In this document: positions 1 to 13,177 of the stretch, piece by piece
Layout: each line of letters starts with the position of its first letter
Position numbering within the stretch: position 1 is the stretch's first letter
Assembly (NCBI RefSeq): GCF_009834535.1
Contig: NC_045697.1
Span: 26,724,001 to 26,788,000 of the forward strand
Direction: 5' to 3'
Source of the DNA: Camelus ferus
Taxonomy: Eukaryota
DNA: 64,000 nt
Translations under genes and position numbers: made by a program
The notes under the pieces: generated by a model
Seen by the model: only the letters and a program-made list of their open reading frames with translations
The model's database searches: none
Told to the model about the DNA's origin: nothing

Positions 1-784
1 TTAAAAGGGCAGACGAAAACATGTTTAGACAAAGAAACAGCATTTAAAAAGTCTAGAGTGAAGGAAAAAATAAGGCTCCAACAAAAAAACTCAAAACATG
101 AAGACAACAAAAGAGGTGGGTATGGCTGAAAAGGAACTTGGAAAGATAAACAGGGATTCAGACAAGGAAATTTGAAGAACCATATGCACATGTGAGTTTA
201 CATGTGAAGCCAGGATCCACTGGTGGTTTTCAGCAGACTCTGTGCTTGGGAGTCTAGCCCCAGCCCTGAACTCTGAGGGGTTGAATGGAAACCTGCTTGG
301 CTCCTGTCTTTGCATCTCCAGTCCAGGGGAGGGCTCTCTCTGGCAGAGGGCTGTTGACATCTCTGACCTGAGTGTATGAAAGGAAAGAGACAGTTGTTCT
401 CAAATTGCTGACTTTTTTTTTTCCATTATCATTTCTCTTAAACAGCCAGAGGAAAAGAAATTTTCCAAGCAGCCATCACAAAGCCTATAGGAAAATGAGT
501 GCCCCATCAACCAAAGATCTATTTAGTGATTATCAAGGAGGAAAAAAATCCTTTTCAAAGACTCTGTTTGCACCCCAAAGATAAATTTACACTTTTAGCA
601 AAAGAAAAAAGAATATATAAGAAAGATACCTCAGAGGTAAAAAATCCTGTATTACTGACCTTTCTAGGAATGGGTTAATTCCTTCCTGCCCCCCAACCCC
701 CAACTGCATAGTCACAAAGACATAAAAAAGTCTAGTAGAGAGAATGGCTCAATCTTTTTTCCTCTAAATAACTAATTTCTTATT

Positions 785-990
785 AGTATTTACTATGTGC
801 AAGAAACACATTAAATGTTTTACATGCATTGCTTTATTTAATCCTCACATGACTGAGAAGTAGGTATCACCATTATTCTCATTTTATCAATAGGTAAACT
901 GAGGCTAAGTGAGGTTGATAAACTCGCTTACCACCACAAAGCAAGCAGTGATGGAGCCAGGGATTCAGACTCAGAATCTTGACCACTACA
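785..990 (-). mobile_element. MIR SINE
   Basis: Reverse complement of the MIR core (atttaatcctcac...ggtaaactgaggct...ggagccagggattcagactcag). Confidence 0.85.
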
Positions 991-991
991 C

Positions 992-1175
992 AAGAGTTTC
1001 AAGAGGCAGAACTTACACTACCTGCACCAGCAGTATCTGGAGTGCTTGTTTAAGATGCAGATCCTTCAGGCCCAGTCCAGGCCTACAGATCAGAATTTAC
1101 ATGAGTGAGTCCAGAAATCACATTTTAATCAAGCAGCCAATGTGATTCTTTTGAGCACAGAAATTTGATAAGCAT
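992..1175. mobile_element. MER5-like hAT-Charlie non-autonomous DNA transposon
   Basis: ctggagtgcttgttaagatgcagat...cctacagatcagaat...ttttaatcaagc...tgattct resembles the MER5A/B body. Confidence 0.7.
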
Positions 1176-1454
1176 TCCACTTTACTATTCAAAATGACAC
1201 TGGCAGATTAAAGTAACTGTCCCAGGACTCTAGAGGAGAAAAATGACCAAGGTAGGAACATTAGCTTTTTGTTCTCTCTGAGTGTGCTTGTTCAGAGCAA
1301 CAAAATTGTCCAATTGGAAAAGGTGAAATCTAGCTGCTACTTGCCTCAGTGCTACAGCTGTAGTTAAAACTGGGCTGCTCCCCACATTTGGTGCCTTGTG
1401 GTACCCCTGCTCTTGTGCCTGGAGAGGCCTTTCCTTTCCCAACCGACGTTATTG

Positions 1455-1995
1455 ATAGCACCACAGTGAAGAGCAAGGAGCTACACCCATGGGGCCTGGG
1501 CTCCCAGTTCTGTCCCTCACTAACTGTGTAAAAATGGAAGAGTCATTTACATTCTCTGGGCCTCAGTTTTGTCATTTATGAAATGGGGATAATTAATGCT
1601 CAGGGAACAGCTTTAGGGCATAGAGTAAACTTCATCTGATGTTGTATGTGATATTCATGTAGCCTAAAGCCTGATGCCTAAGAGGTGCTCAGAAGACGGT
1701 GATGGTGGTTTTTACAAGTAGCCCAGCCCTCTGGCTATTCCTTCTGTTTTCTGCCCAATTTTAGGATAACAGGCAAAGAGCCTTGGCTTTTCAGTTGAGC
1801 AAATGTGAGTTCAAGTCCTGACTCTGTCAATCACTAGCTATGAGATCTTGGGCAAGTTAAGTTACTTAAGTGCTCTAACTTTTATCTTTTCATTTATGAC
1901 ACAAGGACAAATTTCTGCTTCTTAGAATTCTTTTAAGAATTAAAAGAAATAAAGTATGCAAAGTTCCTAGTACATGGTAGACACTCAACATCTGT
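1455..1995 (+). mobile_element. Two adjacent MIR SINEs (~1455-1690 and ~1780-1995)
   Basis: MIR core motifs ctctgggcctcagttttgtcatttatgaaatggggataat and gagttcaagtcctgactctg...ttgggcaagtt. Confidence 0.8.
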
Positions 1996-2674
1996 TGTTT
2001 ACTCTCTCATTTTAAAACCAAATTACTTGGTTTCTTAACAACCTCAGAGGGCAATTTGTTATAATTGTAGCATTGTGTATTTTATTGGATTTAATTCTTT
2101 TCAAGGCTAATATAGTAGCTTAGTAATTTCTTACTAACTTACTGACTAGAACCCAAACATTATCCAAATATTAGATATGGATCACTTCCTAGCCCTTCCT
2201 TACTCGGACTTCTTGTCCTTCCACATCAGCCCAAATTTGTTCCCTTAGAGACCGCATAGCTCAAGTTGCTTCTTTTCCAGGCAAGATATTGGCAGCCAAA
2301 AGAGGTGAAGTGACAGAAAATCCAGGTCAGCTGCAAAGATGATAAAATAGTTGGAAAATGAGATTTATGAAAAAAGTAATTTTAAAAGCTAGAAATTATT
2401 TCTTCTAGAGATTCTAAGGACAACTCAGTGATGATCATCAGACACATGGATGTTTATGCTGCAAGGAAAGGTATTCCTCAGTTACCCTCCAATTCCACAA
2501 AGGATAAGGGGCTCTGGACCTGATCACAGTGTGATTAGAGTAAATATAAGAAAGATGATGGCCAGAACAGAGCTGACAGTTTTCTCTGGCTTATTTTCTG
2601 TTATCCTTTATAAATCTCCCAGAATCATGATTCAAATGTCAGGCTTTGGCCACATCTAATTACTTCTCTAAGCC

Positions 2675-3245
2675 TCATTCATTCACTTAGCACACAACTG
2701 GGGAGCACCACATCTGCACCAAGCACTGTGCCAGGCCCTGGGGACATGAGAACCAGATGGGCACGGTCCCTATCTTTGTGGCATTATATAGTCCAACTGG
2801 AGTGGATGTTATGTACAGAGTCCTTAGAAAGGTAGATCTAGAGTAAAATGATCATTTCCTTAACTAGGAATTTTGGAACTTTCTACAGCATCTCAGTTGG
2901 TAAAGATAATAAATTCCAAGTGCCTTAGTATGTCCTTCAGCTCCTTCAGAGATCTAGTTTCATCTCTCAACATTCCTATAACATGCGCCAGTGACATACA
3001 GTTCCCTAAATATACCTTTGTGAAGAAACACTTTTGTGCCTTGGGGTTTCCTCTGTTTGGCATGCTTTGCTCCCCACCATCACTGAGCCACAGGGAGTAA
3101 ACTGGTCCTCCCATTAAGTAATGGACAGATTGTGAGTTCTGTGCATCAGTATCCCTGATAGGCTGTGAGCCCTAAGAAAGCAGGAAAAACATGGAACGTC
3201 ATTGTGGTCTAGTGTTTAGCAAAGTATGTGTACAATCAATACAAG
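2675..3245. mobile_element. L2 3' fragments in opposite orientations
   Basis: cattcattcac...agcactgtgccaggccctggggac (minus-strand L2 3' end) and ggctgtgagccc...tagtgtttagcaaag (plus-strand L2 3' end). Confidence 0.6.
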
Positions 3246-3936
3246 AAGGAAGGGAGGAAAGAATGGGAGAAAGAAATGAGAGAGGAAGGAGGGTAGGATG
3301 GAAGGAAGGGAGGGAAGGAGAGAGGAAAGAAAGACTCTCATATGATGAGATAATATTCCTAAGTCTTAACTGTATTTCTCCCAAGGGCCTCTTCCCACTA
3401 CCCTGCAAAATCCATCCACTCCTACCTCTGCCCTCAGCTTATAACCCGTCTTAGATCCTGAAACAAAAATAAAATAGGCTTGAGTCAGAAAGACTTAGAC
3501 ATACACCTACAGAGTTTACAGAATGAGTTTTTAATACCAGAAGATAATAGATAAATGACCCTGGATGAGAACGAAGTAAAAAGAAAGAGTATCTCTTAGA
3601 CCATAGAGGAAGATACAGAAAAACCCCAAGGCTAATAGGACTAAGGGTTAGAGTAGGAAGGGTGAGGAAAGACCTTCCTTTGAGAGCTCTAAGCAAGACT
3701 GACTTAGTTCTAAGTCATCACACTTCCTCACGTCCAAGGGACCAATTGCCCAGAGTCAGCCTCTTGGCCAGAGAGCATCAGTTTGGAGAAAACTGGTTAG
3801 GGCACTGAAGATGCTGTCCTGACTCCTGCCTACCTGGAGCATCTAGAGAACTTGTATCAGGAACATGGACACTTGTGGCATGAGAGTGATATGAAGTAAT
3901 CCTAAACCATCCATCCTGGTTGAACTCAAAGCACTT

Positions 3937-4310
3937 CATTTTTTTTAATTGAGGTAAAATTGGTATGTAACATTATATAAATTTCACATGTTCATAATAA
4001 TGTTTCATAATTCAACATCTGTATATACTACAAAGAGATCACCACCAAAGGTCTGCTTACCAAAAAAAAGGCTTTTTGTTTGTTCATAATAGTGAGATTT
4101 AGTGGTATTTGTCTTTCTCTGACTTGTTTCACTTAGCATAATACTCCCAAGTTCCATCCATGTCATTGCAAATAGTAAGATTTCATTCTTTTTTATGGCT
4201 GAGTAGTATTCTACTGTGTATATATACCACACCATCTTTATGTATTCATCTTAGTGAACATTTAGTTTGTTTCCATATCTTGACTATTGTAAATAATGCC
4301 CCAGTAAATT
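3937..4310 (-). mobile_element. L1 3' fragment (L1MA-like), internally deleted
   Basis: Poly-T start. Minus ORF 4005-4235 MVWYIYTVEYYSAIKKNEIL is the ORF2 C-terminus. Flanked by aaagcactt at 3928-3936 and 4311-4319. Confidence 0.88.
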
Positions 4311-4319
4311 AAAGCACTT

Positions 4320-4708
4320 TTTAAAAATTGAAATAACATTGGTTTATAACATTGCATAAGTTTCATGTATACAATATTATATTTCTACATATATATATAT
4401 ATATATATGTATCACATATACATATATCACATTTCCTTATCCATTCATTCATCAGTGGATATTTAGGTTGTTTCCACATCTTGGCTATTGTAAATAATGC
4501 TGCTGTGAACATTGGGGTGAATAAATCTTTTCAAATTAATGTTCTTGTGTTCTTTGGATATATACCTATGAGTGGAATTGCTGGAGCATATGTTAGTTCT
4601 AGTCTTAATATTTTTAGAAATCCCCCTACCGTTTCTCATAGTGGCTGTGCCCATTTACATTCCCACCAAGTGTATGAGGGCTCCCATTTTCCCACATCCT
4701 CTTCAACA
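4320..4708 (-). mobile_element. Second L1 3' fragment containing a (TA)n tract
   Basis: ttggctattgtaaataatgctgctgtgaacatt...agtggaattgctgga...ttacattcccacca is antisense ORF2 C-terminal sequence. Confidence 0.88.
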
Positions 4709-4855
4709 TGGGCTTCTAAAAGGAGCACAATTACTAAGACTTCCTGCATGGTCACAAAGGTGACCTTTAGCTTTGTCCTGCAATGGATTTTATGAAATGA
4801 AGGAGGTCAGACCTATGACCACCAGAACAGGCATTAGGAAAATTAATTTGGAATC

Positions 4856-5318
4856 TGTATCAGTTAACTAGGGCTGCTCTAACAAATTACCACAAACTGG
4901 GTGACTTAAAACAACAGTAAGAACTGACATGAAATCTATATCTCACAGTTCTAGAGGCCGGAAGTCTGAAATCAAGTTAACAGCAGGTCCATACTCCCTT
5001 TGAAGGCTCTAGGAAGAGTGCTTGCTTGGCTCTTTTAGGTTTTGGACATTGCTAGCAATCTTTGGAGTTTGTTGGTTGTGGCAGCACAACTTCAGTCTCG
5101 GCCTCTGTATCCACATGGTCATCTTCCTTCTGTATGTCTGTGTGTCTGTGTCTCTGTTTCTCTTCTTGTAAGAATTAGAGCCCACCCTAATCCAGTATGG
5201 CCTCAACTTGTATCTTAATTACATCTGCAGAGACCCTATTTCCAAGGTCACATTCACAGGTACCCAGGAGCAAGAACTTGAACATATCTTTCTGGGGAAC
5301 ATAATTCAACTCACAACA
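4856..5318 (-). mobile_element. MaLR solo LTR (MLT1B/C-like)
   Basis: TG...CA termini, agggctgctctaacaaattaccacaaactgggtg motif, and a perfect 5-bp TSD GAATC (4851-4855 and 5319-5323). Confidence 0.9.
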
Positions 5319-5469
5319 GAATCCTAAATGTTATTTCTTACCACAGCCTACAGTGAAGCGGCAAATTAGATTCTACTATGTGATATATTACTCTAAACAC
5401 ATTTTTACTCAACTACTGGGAAAATTCTATCAAAAAAAAATGACTCAACTACATTAGAATTTCTTAATT

Positions 5470-6330
5470 AGTGTTCCACAGAATACTGTTTCTGAGGATG
5501 TAATTAGCTGTGCCGTGACTCAAGGGTTATGTATCTATTACAGCCCCAATCAAAGAACTAGCAGGTGATACATGCTATGTTATATGTTACATAGTGTATA
5601 TTCTATATTGTGTATCATATACAGCTGTGTATCATATACAGCTATATATCATATAGCATATACGCAAGGGAATTTATCGTATGTAATTATGCAGCTTGTT
5701 TAAGGAATCTCTGTAAAGGTGTCTTCTTGTGTGGTGTTGAAGCTTAAAGTCCACAGAATGGGCAATCAGAAAGAAAGATGGATGTAAAGTGGGGGAGATC
5801 AAGGATAAGCCGAAACCCACGAGTACAGGTGGAACCTATGTCAGTTCCTACGGCCTCTGACCTTGATGGCATGGGCATCCTGTGGGAAGAGCTGGAGCTA
5901 AACACACAACCTGGCCCAAGAGTCACAGAAGCTGAAGGGGGATTTGTGGAAAGGTGGAGCACTGGCAGGCCCAGCGGCTGCTCCACATCCCTGAGGCAAG
6001 CCAGCAGAGAAGCAACAAAGTGGGAGACCCACAAAAGGGCTGCTGCTGTATTTCTGCCTTTCCAATCTCCTGCCAGAATATCTTGTGTTGCACCCCTCCC
6101 CACCCCCAACCAAAACGCACACAGGATGGGGATTCTGGGAAATGGAGGTTAGCTTAGTCAAGTTGACACATTACCAATTCACTTAAGCTATAGCACTACA
6201 TTAAGAATCACAATGTGCCATATCTCTCTCTCTGAGAGACTCAGGACATTAGTGTATCAAAGGCTCAGCAAAGTCCTTGAGTTTAAAAATAAACTTTTCA
6301 GCTTTGATCTAAGATTTCCCACACTTATTA
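5470..6330. mobile_element. MER103-like hAT element split by an ERVL-class LTR (LTR ~5530-6180)
   Basis: gtgttccacagaatact...aagggtt on the left and cattagtgtatcaaaggctc...tttcccacacttatt on the right resemble MER103. The middle segment ends gggattctgggaaatg...gtcaagttgacac, as in antisense ERVL LTRs. Confidence 0.6.
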
Positions 6331-6858
6331 CAATAGCTGATTTTAGAGATTATGATTATGAAAAATTATTGTGGAAACTCAATGATTGTTTATTGGTATG
6401 ATGTCTGTTTTTTGCTATATTTCTATAAGTAGATCTTAGAAAAACTCTAATAAGATGCTGTGTTTCTTTAGAATATCCTGGTTACTAAGTAGAGAAGAGT
6501 TTCTTCAATTCACTCACCAACATATCCAATCATTCTCAATTTTGAGAAGAGATATATGCAACATGCTAGAGAAATCTGGAACTTCTCAAATCATCCTTAA
6601 GTAATCCATTTTAAGTGTTGGGGCTCTATCTTACCTTCATGAAAGGCCTAATAATAAATAAAGCTCATCTGATTTCCTTTTAAAAAGTGACTGTAGTTAA
6701 ACCACCTACAGAATCAATGCACACACACCCACATCTTGCAACATATAGTCTTTGGATTAAAAGTTTTTAAACTAGGTTATAAAAATAGCTACTGTTTAAG
6801 GCAGCATAATAACAGATGAGAGCATGGACTTGGGAACCAGGCTTTTCCAAGTGAAAAC

Positions 6859-7215
6859 TGTCTTAATCTGTTTGGGCTGCTGCAATGGTATACCATAGGC
6901 TAGGTGGCTTATAAACAACAGACATTTATTGCTAACAGTTTTGGAGGCTGGGAAGTTCAAGACTAAGGCACCAGCAGGTTTGGTGTCTGGTGACGGCTCT
7001 CTTTTGGTTCAGAGTCAGCCACCTTCTCACATGGTGGAACGGTTAAGGGAGCTCTCTGGGGTCTCTTTAATAAGGGCACTAATCCCATTTCTAAGGGCTC
7101 CACCCTCATGACCTAATCACCTCCCAAGGGCCTCACTTCTAAATATCACATTGGGGATTAGGTTTCAACATATAATTTGGGGGAAAGAGGGGACACAAAC
7201 ATTGAGTCTCTAGCA
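6859..7215 (-). mobile_element. MaLR solo LTR (MLT1A-like)
   Basis: tgtcttaatctgtttgggctgc...ggtggcttataaacaacagacattt...gacacaaacattgagtctctagca. Confidence 0.9.
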
Positions 7216-7640
7216 AGCATGGACTCTGAAATCAGACTGCTTAAACTTGAGACTCAGTTCTACCACTTATTAGCTGTGTGACACTGAGTAAGTTACTTAA
7301 TCACTCTGAGCTTCAATTTTCTCATTGTAAAACAGGATTAGTAATCTTTCTCCCTTCATAAGTTATAATGGGTATTAAAGAATTTAACATTTGGAAAGAG
7401 TTTTAAACCATGCTTTGTACATTGTGAATGGCATGTGTGTGTGTGTGTATGTGTGCGTGTCCAGCTCTTCAAGGCAATCCCTGCTGAGCCTATACCATTA
7501 TGTCAGTTTTATAGATGAGGAAAGTATTCAAATAGAGGTGAAGTATTGTCTCTTAGGGCATACTGCAGGAGGCAGTCAGGACAAAACCCTAGATGACTCT
7601 GACTATAACACATGGTCTCATTCCACACAGCCATGGCACC
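7216..7640. mobile_element. MIR (+, ~7216-7430) and MIR (-, ~7470-7640)
   Basis: agcatggactctgaaatcagactgc...ccacttattagctgtgtgac and tttatagatgaggaaa core motifs. Confidence 0.75.
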
Positions 7641-9129
7641 TTCGAGCAAAGCTTTATGGCTCTCTTAGACTTCTTCCAGAAAGTCTCAAAAGACAAGATC
7701 AAATTGACTAGGTCCAGAAATGGAATTAGTCCCTCTCCCCAGGGGTGCTAAAGTTGTAGCTGTCACTCATTCTTGACCTAGACTAGATATGAATGCAGAA
7801 CTTGGAATGAAAGGCTCCATGGGTTTATTTTGCCCTGAGCTTACATGGTCCCTAGAAAGTTCTTTAAATACTTTCAATCAAGGGCTCAGAAAATTTTTTA
7901 AAAATAACCTTGCACATACAATTAGAAACTGGCATGTGGGGAATTAAACAGAAGAGATGGAATTTTCTCTGATTATCAGGGACTACTTGAAGGGAACTGC
8001 TTTGAAGAAAATACCTCCGACTCAAAAACCACACAAGGAGTTCTGACATGACTTGTTGATGGCAAAGCTGACAGGAGCTCAAGGGCAGAGACTCAGAAAA
8101 GAGACCCTCCTCTTTTAGCCGTCAGAGGTAGAGAGGGACCAGCCTGGAAGGGTCTGGGACAGGTGTCACTGTGTTATTGTGAGTTTAATGACTATTACAG
8201 AAACATAGACAGTAAAATATTTTCAAAGCAAGTATGAAAGAATCCTTTATCATGTTTCTATGTGATCATTCTTGAGAAGCAGATCAAAAATAAATTTCCA
8301 CACATCTCCACAGTAGTTCAAGTAATTCAAAGGATGCCATCAGGACACCAGATGGCTGTTTCACTACAGGATAGTGAAGTAGTGAAAAGGAGAAAAGAGG
8401 TTCTGCTCACACTTCTTCAGGAAGCTTTGCTGATCCCTGCTGTCTGCGTTGATCACTCCCAGCTCTGGACTCCTGCTGCCAGTACAGTCAGTGCTACGTG
8501 TTTTGTATCTGTGGTTCTTCTACTTGTTAACCGAGTGACCTAAAGTGAGTTACCTGACTACTCTCATCCATTTCCTCAGTGTCAGAATGAGAAAACTACC
8601 AATCTCACAGGGGTAAGAATAAGAATGAACTTCATTAATCACAAAAGGACTTAGACCACAGTGCTTGGCACTTGGTGCAGTGGTTCGTGGGCTTTCTGTG
8701 TTCCTGCTTCCTGTCTCGCATAGACCATGGGATTTGATGTGCCCATTGGGAAATATTTTAAGACCCATAAGAACTTAGAAATATCTGTTTCTGAGATTTC
8801 AACTATAGCATCATCACAACATGGATCAAACCACAGATTTTCAAAATTAACCTAAAGATATAAAATTAATCTTCAAGCATAATAAGCCAGGATTTATGAA
8901 ATGAACTTTGTAAAAGAACCAACTGTATAAGCAACCATGGCTTCACTGGAACTCTTTGGATGCAAGTGACAGAAGCCCAACTCAAATAATAACAATTATT
9001 ATTATTATTATGTGCTCAAACAATATCACAGAATTTTTCCTTTCTCCATTTCTCTGTTTTGCTTTCCTCTGTATTGGATTCACTCTTAAGCAAACCTTCA
9101 ACTGAAATAGCTAATGACTCCTGGCGGCT

Positions 9130-10219
9130 CACATGGCCTTGGCTAGCACCATTATTATCCAAGTACTTACAATGTTTTTGATCCACTGACATAGAATCCC
9201 ACGTAATATGTCCAAAGAAGGCACTTTACAGAAAAGCAGGCAATGCTCTGCATGCATATAATGGCACGCACTGATCCTAGCACATACTGTGCTAACTAGC
9301 AGCAGCTGGCCTGATAAGCAGGGATATGGCCATTTGAAGGACACTGGCTTAGCATCATACCTTGAAAGGATGGGAGGGCAACTTATATACACTCGAGGAC
9401 ACCTCATTTTACTAAATTGATGACCATTGTGGGAGCTGGTGCTATGTGCCCTGTTAGTAGAATATATGCATCTGGGAACCAAGGAGAAGAAATAGAAATG
9501 GCCTCACTCACCATCATCCCCAGGATCCATGTGAAGAATTTGTGCTTCCTGTTCTACACTGGTAGACCCTATGTGTCTGAAGGATTGGTTCCCAAAGAGT
9601 ACTTGTGCTTCCTATTCCTGCAACATTATGCTGCATGGCTCTAAAGATCCTGAATTCCAGAAGGGAATGCTTCCACCAGAAGACAGACTAAGGGTCCCAT
9701 TGAACTTTAAGCTACAGCTTCTGCCAAGTCAGTTCAAGCTGTTCATGGAAAGAGACCAGAAGGCAAGGACAGGAACTACCATTTTGGCAGGGCTGGGATC
9801 CTGATCGTCAGGAAGAGGCTGCCACATAAAAGAGACAGAGAAAAATACAGTTAGCACCCAGGTGGCCACAGGGGTGTTTCTTGACACTCCCCTGCCTTGT
9901 TGGAAAGTACAGACAGCCTTGGCCTGAGATGGAGACCAGGGATAAAAATCTGGGTCTCATCCCCCAGTTATGTCACCTAGCCCAGGAGAGGTACGAGCTG
10001 AGGGTGAGAGACCAATAGAATGTGTGGTAGAGGAGGGAGATGAGGAGTATTGGTCCTGGTCTGGAGACAGCTGCCGCCAGGAGAACTGTATGTAGTTTTG
10101 TGCACTAACTTTCCTCTTACATATTCCTTATGGAAAAGAGACCCTTCACCAGAATCCTGGGGAGACTGAATGGGATGAAATTTCTATGTGAAGTGGATCC
10201 AAGAGCTACATGGATGAGT
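9130..10219 (+). mobile_element. Decayed ERVL internal region (integrase core, dUTPase-like segment)
   Basis: Degenerate integrase (agaatcccacgtaatatg...ggcactttacag...gcagctggcctgata). ORF 9571-9804 KGMLPPEDRLRVPLNFKLQLLP resembles the ERVL dUTPase region. Many stops and frameshifts. Confidence 0.8.
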
Positions 10220-10651
10220 TGTAGTGGGTGCTGTGGTGTGCTACCCAGATGCCCCAGGACAGAACATGTGCACTCAGGCTGCCACTGGGAGACGTGGCTG
10301 CTGATTTCTCTCCACTGAAGCACTTTCTGGGGTTTTCTCTTGACAAAGGGAGTTACTTTACCAAAGATTACCTCTGGTTAATGCAAGGTTAAAAGAGGTC
10401 TGATTCCCTAACCTCAATTCAGGACAATCTGAATGGCCACCTTAGGACCAGAGGGCCCCATGGGCCTCTGTTGTAGCTATACATTTGACTTCTTCCCCGG
10501 CAATACATTTGACTTCTTCCCCGGCCCAGCTGTGCCTTCCTCATTTGCTTAATGATGCTCAGGTGATGTTACTGAGATCGCAACCCAAAACACCTCCCAC
10601 ATGCTAATCTTCACCTCAGAGTCTGTTTTCCTGGGTCCCTAACCTGAGACA
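10220..10651 (+). mobile_element. ERVL LTR (LTR16-like), 3' LTR of the preceding internal fragment
   Basis: Starts tgtagtgggtgctgtggtgtgctacccagat and ends ctcagagtctgttttcctggg...aacctgagaca. Directly follows ERVL-int sequence. Confidence 0.75.
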
Positions 10652-11152
10652 ATAGCCAACATCTATGGAATGTTCATTATGTGCTAAATACTTTGTACAT
10701 GTTAACTCATTCAGTGCTCATTGAAAAATAATATTATCTCCATATGTCAGATGAGAACCTTTAAGTTTAGAGAGGGTTAAATGACTAATGTGAAGCCTAA
10801 TAAGATGATTTGAAAATTAGATTTGGGACAAATATATATCAGATTGATCTCTTATGGAAATTTGGAATTCTACCAAGATTTTCATTATCTGCGAGTGTAT
10901 CTGATGACCTGTGACAGGTATAGATTGTAATTGCTAAGTTTCCATTTGTATCACATGTTCTGAGACTACTAGTGACAGTACCTAGAGACCATCCAGTGAC
11001 CACATCTCAATGAGGCTTTATTTTACCCTTATAAATTCCAAAGGTCAATTGTACTTACTGTGATCAAATTATAGTTACAAAGCTGGTGAAAGGTTAAATA
11101 AAAAAAGAAAAGAGAGATATTAGTAATTTTGACTATCTTCTTTGCCCTGTAC

Positions 11153-11395
11153 TAGTGTTTTTCAAACTTCTTTTACCTCAACCCATAGTAAGAAATACAT
11201 ATTTCATAGTGACCCACCATGTACATGTATATGTATGTACGTAAGGGAAACTAAAGCAAAAAATTTCACTGTCCAGTACATGCCCTCATTAATATGGCAA
11301 TGACTTTATACTCTATTTGCATGTTTTAAGCTAGTTGATACTCACTGTATTGATTTCAGATTAAATGATCATGAAGAATAGTTTATAAATCACTG
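11153..11395. mobile_element. hAT-Charlie non-autonomous element (MER119-like)
   Basis: tagtgtttttcaaact...acccatagtaagaaatacat start and gtttataaatcactg end, forming degenerate TIRs. Confidence 0.55.
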
Positions 11396-12404
11396 CCCAG
11401 TGCTAAGTCTCTTCACATATATTTACTAATTTAGCTCTTCTGACAAATTTGCAAAAAACTAATTACTATCATCCCATTTTTTCTCTAATGAGGTACATGC
11501 TTTAACAACCATCCAGAGATCCTACAACTCATAAATGACAGAGCAGGAATTTAAATAGATTAAATTACTAAATTATTTTATACATGTTTCAGTCTCATGG
11601 GCAGCATGCAGAATGCTTAAAAAGAAGAAGAGAACAAAAGAAAAAAATGAAGAAATATAGGCATTTTCTCCATCCATTTTCTTTTGCCTCTTATACTTAC
11701 TTTACTATCAGTTCTAGGAAAGAGAGCCAGGCTAGAAAGATGCCCCAAACTCAGTGGAGATGTCAGTAACTAAAGGCAAGTGGCATCCTCGCCATTCCCT
11801 GTGAGAATTTGTGGAACTGAGCACAGCTTAAGAAAATTTACCTTCCAGCTAGCTTGTATTTTCTAATCTCTAGGCAGGAAGACATAAAGGTAAGGATAGT
11901 GTTCTTTCTCATCATTCAAGTTCTAAGCACCATTTCTTTTGCTTCTGGAGAAGTGAACAAACTGTCAAGTTAATCAATACTCCTATCAACTCTTTTCTGG
12001 AAATCGATTCACTGAGAATATTTGCCTTGATGTAACTTAAGCACTTTATTCACTCTGGAATCTTACTGATAAATTCACGTAAATTGTGATATATTCTCTG
12101 AGCATGCATGAGTTTGTAAGCATTTGTGGCAAAGATGAATTTGAAAGACAAAATTCCCTTAATCAGTTTTAACTTCTTAAGCAACACAATTCTCATAACC
12201 AACACATTGGTGTAAGATACACAAAGCATCTTCCTCTTTATGCAATTTTTTATTTTCTACTATTCCTCAGATAGTGTTTTACAAGAAAAATGTACCATGG
12301 TGGTTAACAAGAGATATAAATTTATGTCTTTTCCAGTCAAGTGGTGGGGAGAAAACTGTTTACATGGGATCATGTAGTAAAGAAGAAAGCAATTTTAGAC
12401 AAGC

Positions 12405-13125
12405 TTTTACAAAATAATCTATAGATTTAGTGTTATTCTCACCTGAGTCTCAACAGAAGTCATGTAAAACTGGCAAACAGATTTTTTAAATGAATTAAAA
12501 GAAGCAAAAGGCAAGAATAGCCAAATCATTCTTAAAGAAGGAAAAATTGTCTGTGTGTTCTGGGTGGGTGCATATTTGCCCTAGAATAGTTGTTCTTGAA
12601 CTTTGGTGTGTATTTGATAATAAAGAACACAGACCCCTAGGTGTGTTGAAGTAAGTTAGAACTCACAGCTCTGTATTTTTATCAAGGTTCCCAGGTGATT
12701 TTGATACCCAAACCTGACAATCACTGCCCCAGTTCACAAGACAAATTATAAAACTATAGCAATTAAAACAGGGTGGTACCAGCATAGGAAAAGATAAGAG
12801 ACTAATAGAACAGAAAAGAAAGCCCCAAAATACATAGACCCATATACATGCTTGACATATAAAGGTGAGCTGCAGATGGTGGGAGAGAAGAAACTACTTA
12901 AAAATGATGCCAGGAAAATGGTATCTATTTTAAGATAAAATTGGATTCCAAAGATCAATAAAATTTAAAGGACATTAAAGACAAATATTAAAAAGTCAAA
13001 ACTTTAGAACTTTTAGAAGAAAGTAAAAGAAAATAACTTTATGTCCTATTGGACCTTAGAGTAAAGAAGAGTTTCTAAAGACAGATTTATAAGGCACAGA
13101 TTATAAGGAAAACATTGATAAAAAT
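12405..13125 (+). mobile_element. Old L1M ORF2 fragment interrupted by a MER5-like element (~12585-12726)
   Basis: agaatagccaaa...ctatagcaattaaaacagggtggtaccagcatagg...gaacagaa is degenerate ORF2. The insert has gttgttcttgaactt...ccaggtgattttgat...atcactg. Confidence 0.7.
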
Positions 13126-13177
13126 CTTTTTAAAAATTTTCTTCCATTTGCAACTATCTATAAGAAATCAGATTATT

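Noticed and set aside
3243..3333. Purine-rich tract
   Set aside because: Low-complexity GA-rich expansion at an L2 tail, which is common.
4352..4795. 147-aa plus-strand ORF
   Set aside because: Antisense reading of an L1 3' fragment.
5744..6161. Cluster of overlapping ORFs up to 124 aa
   Set aside because: Lies in a GC-richer LTR. No recognisable domain, so these are chance ORFs.
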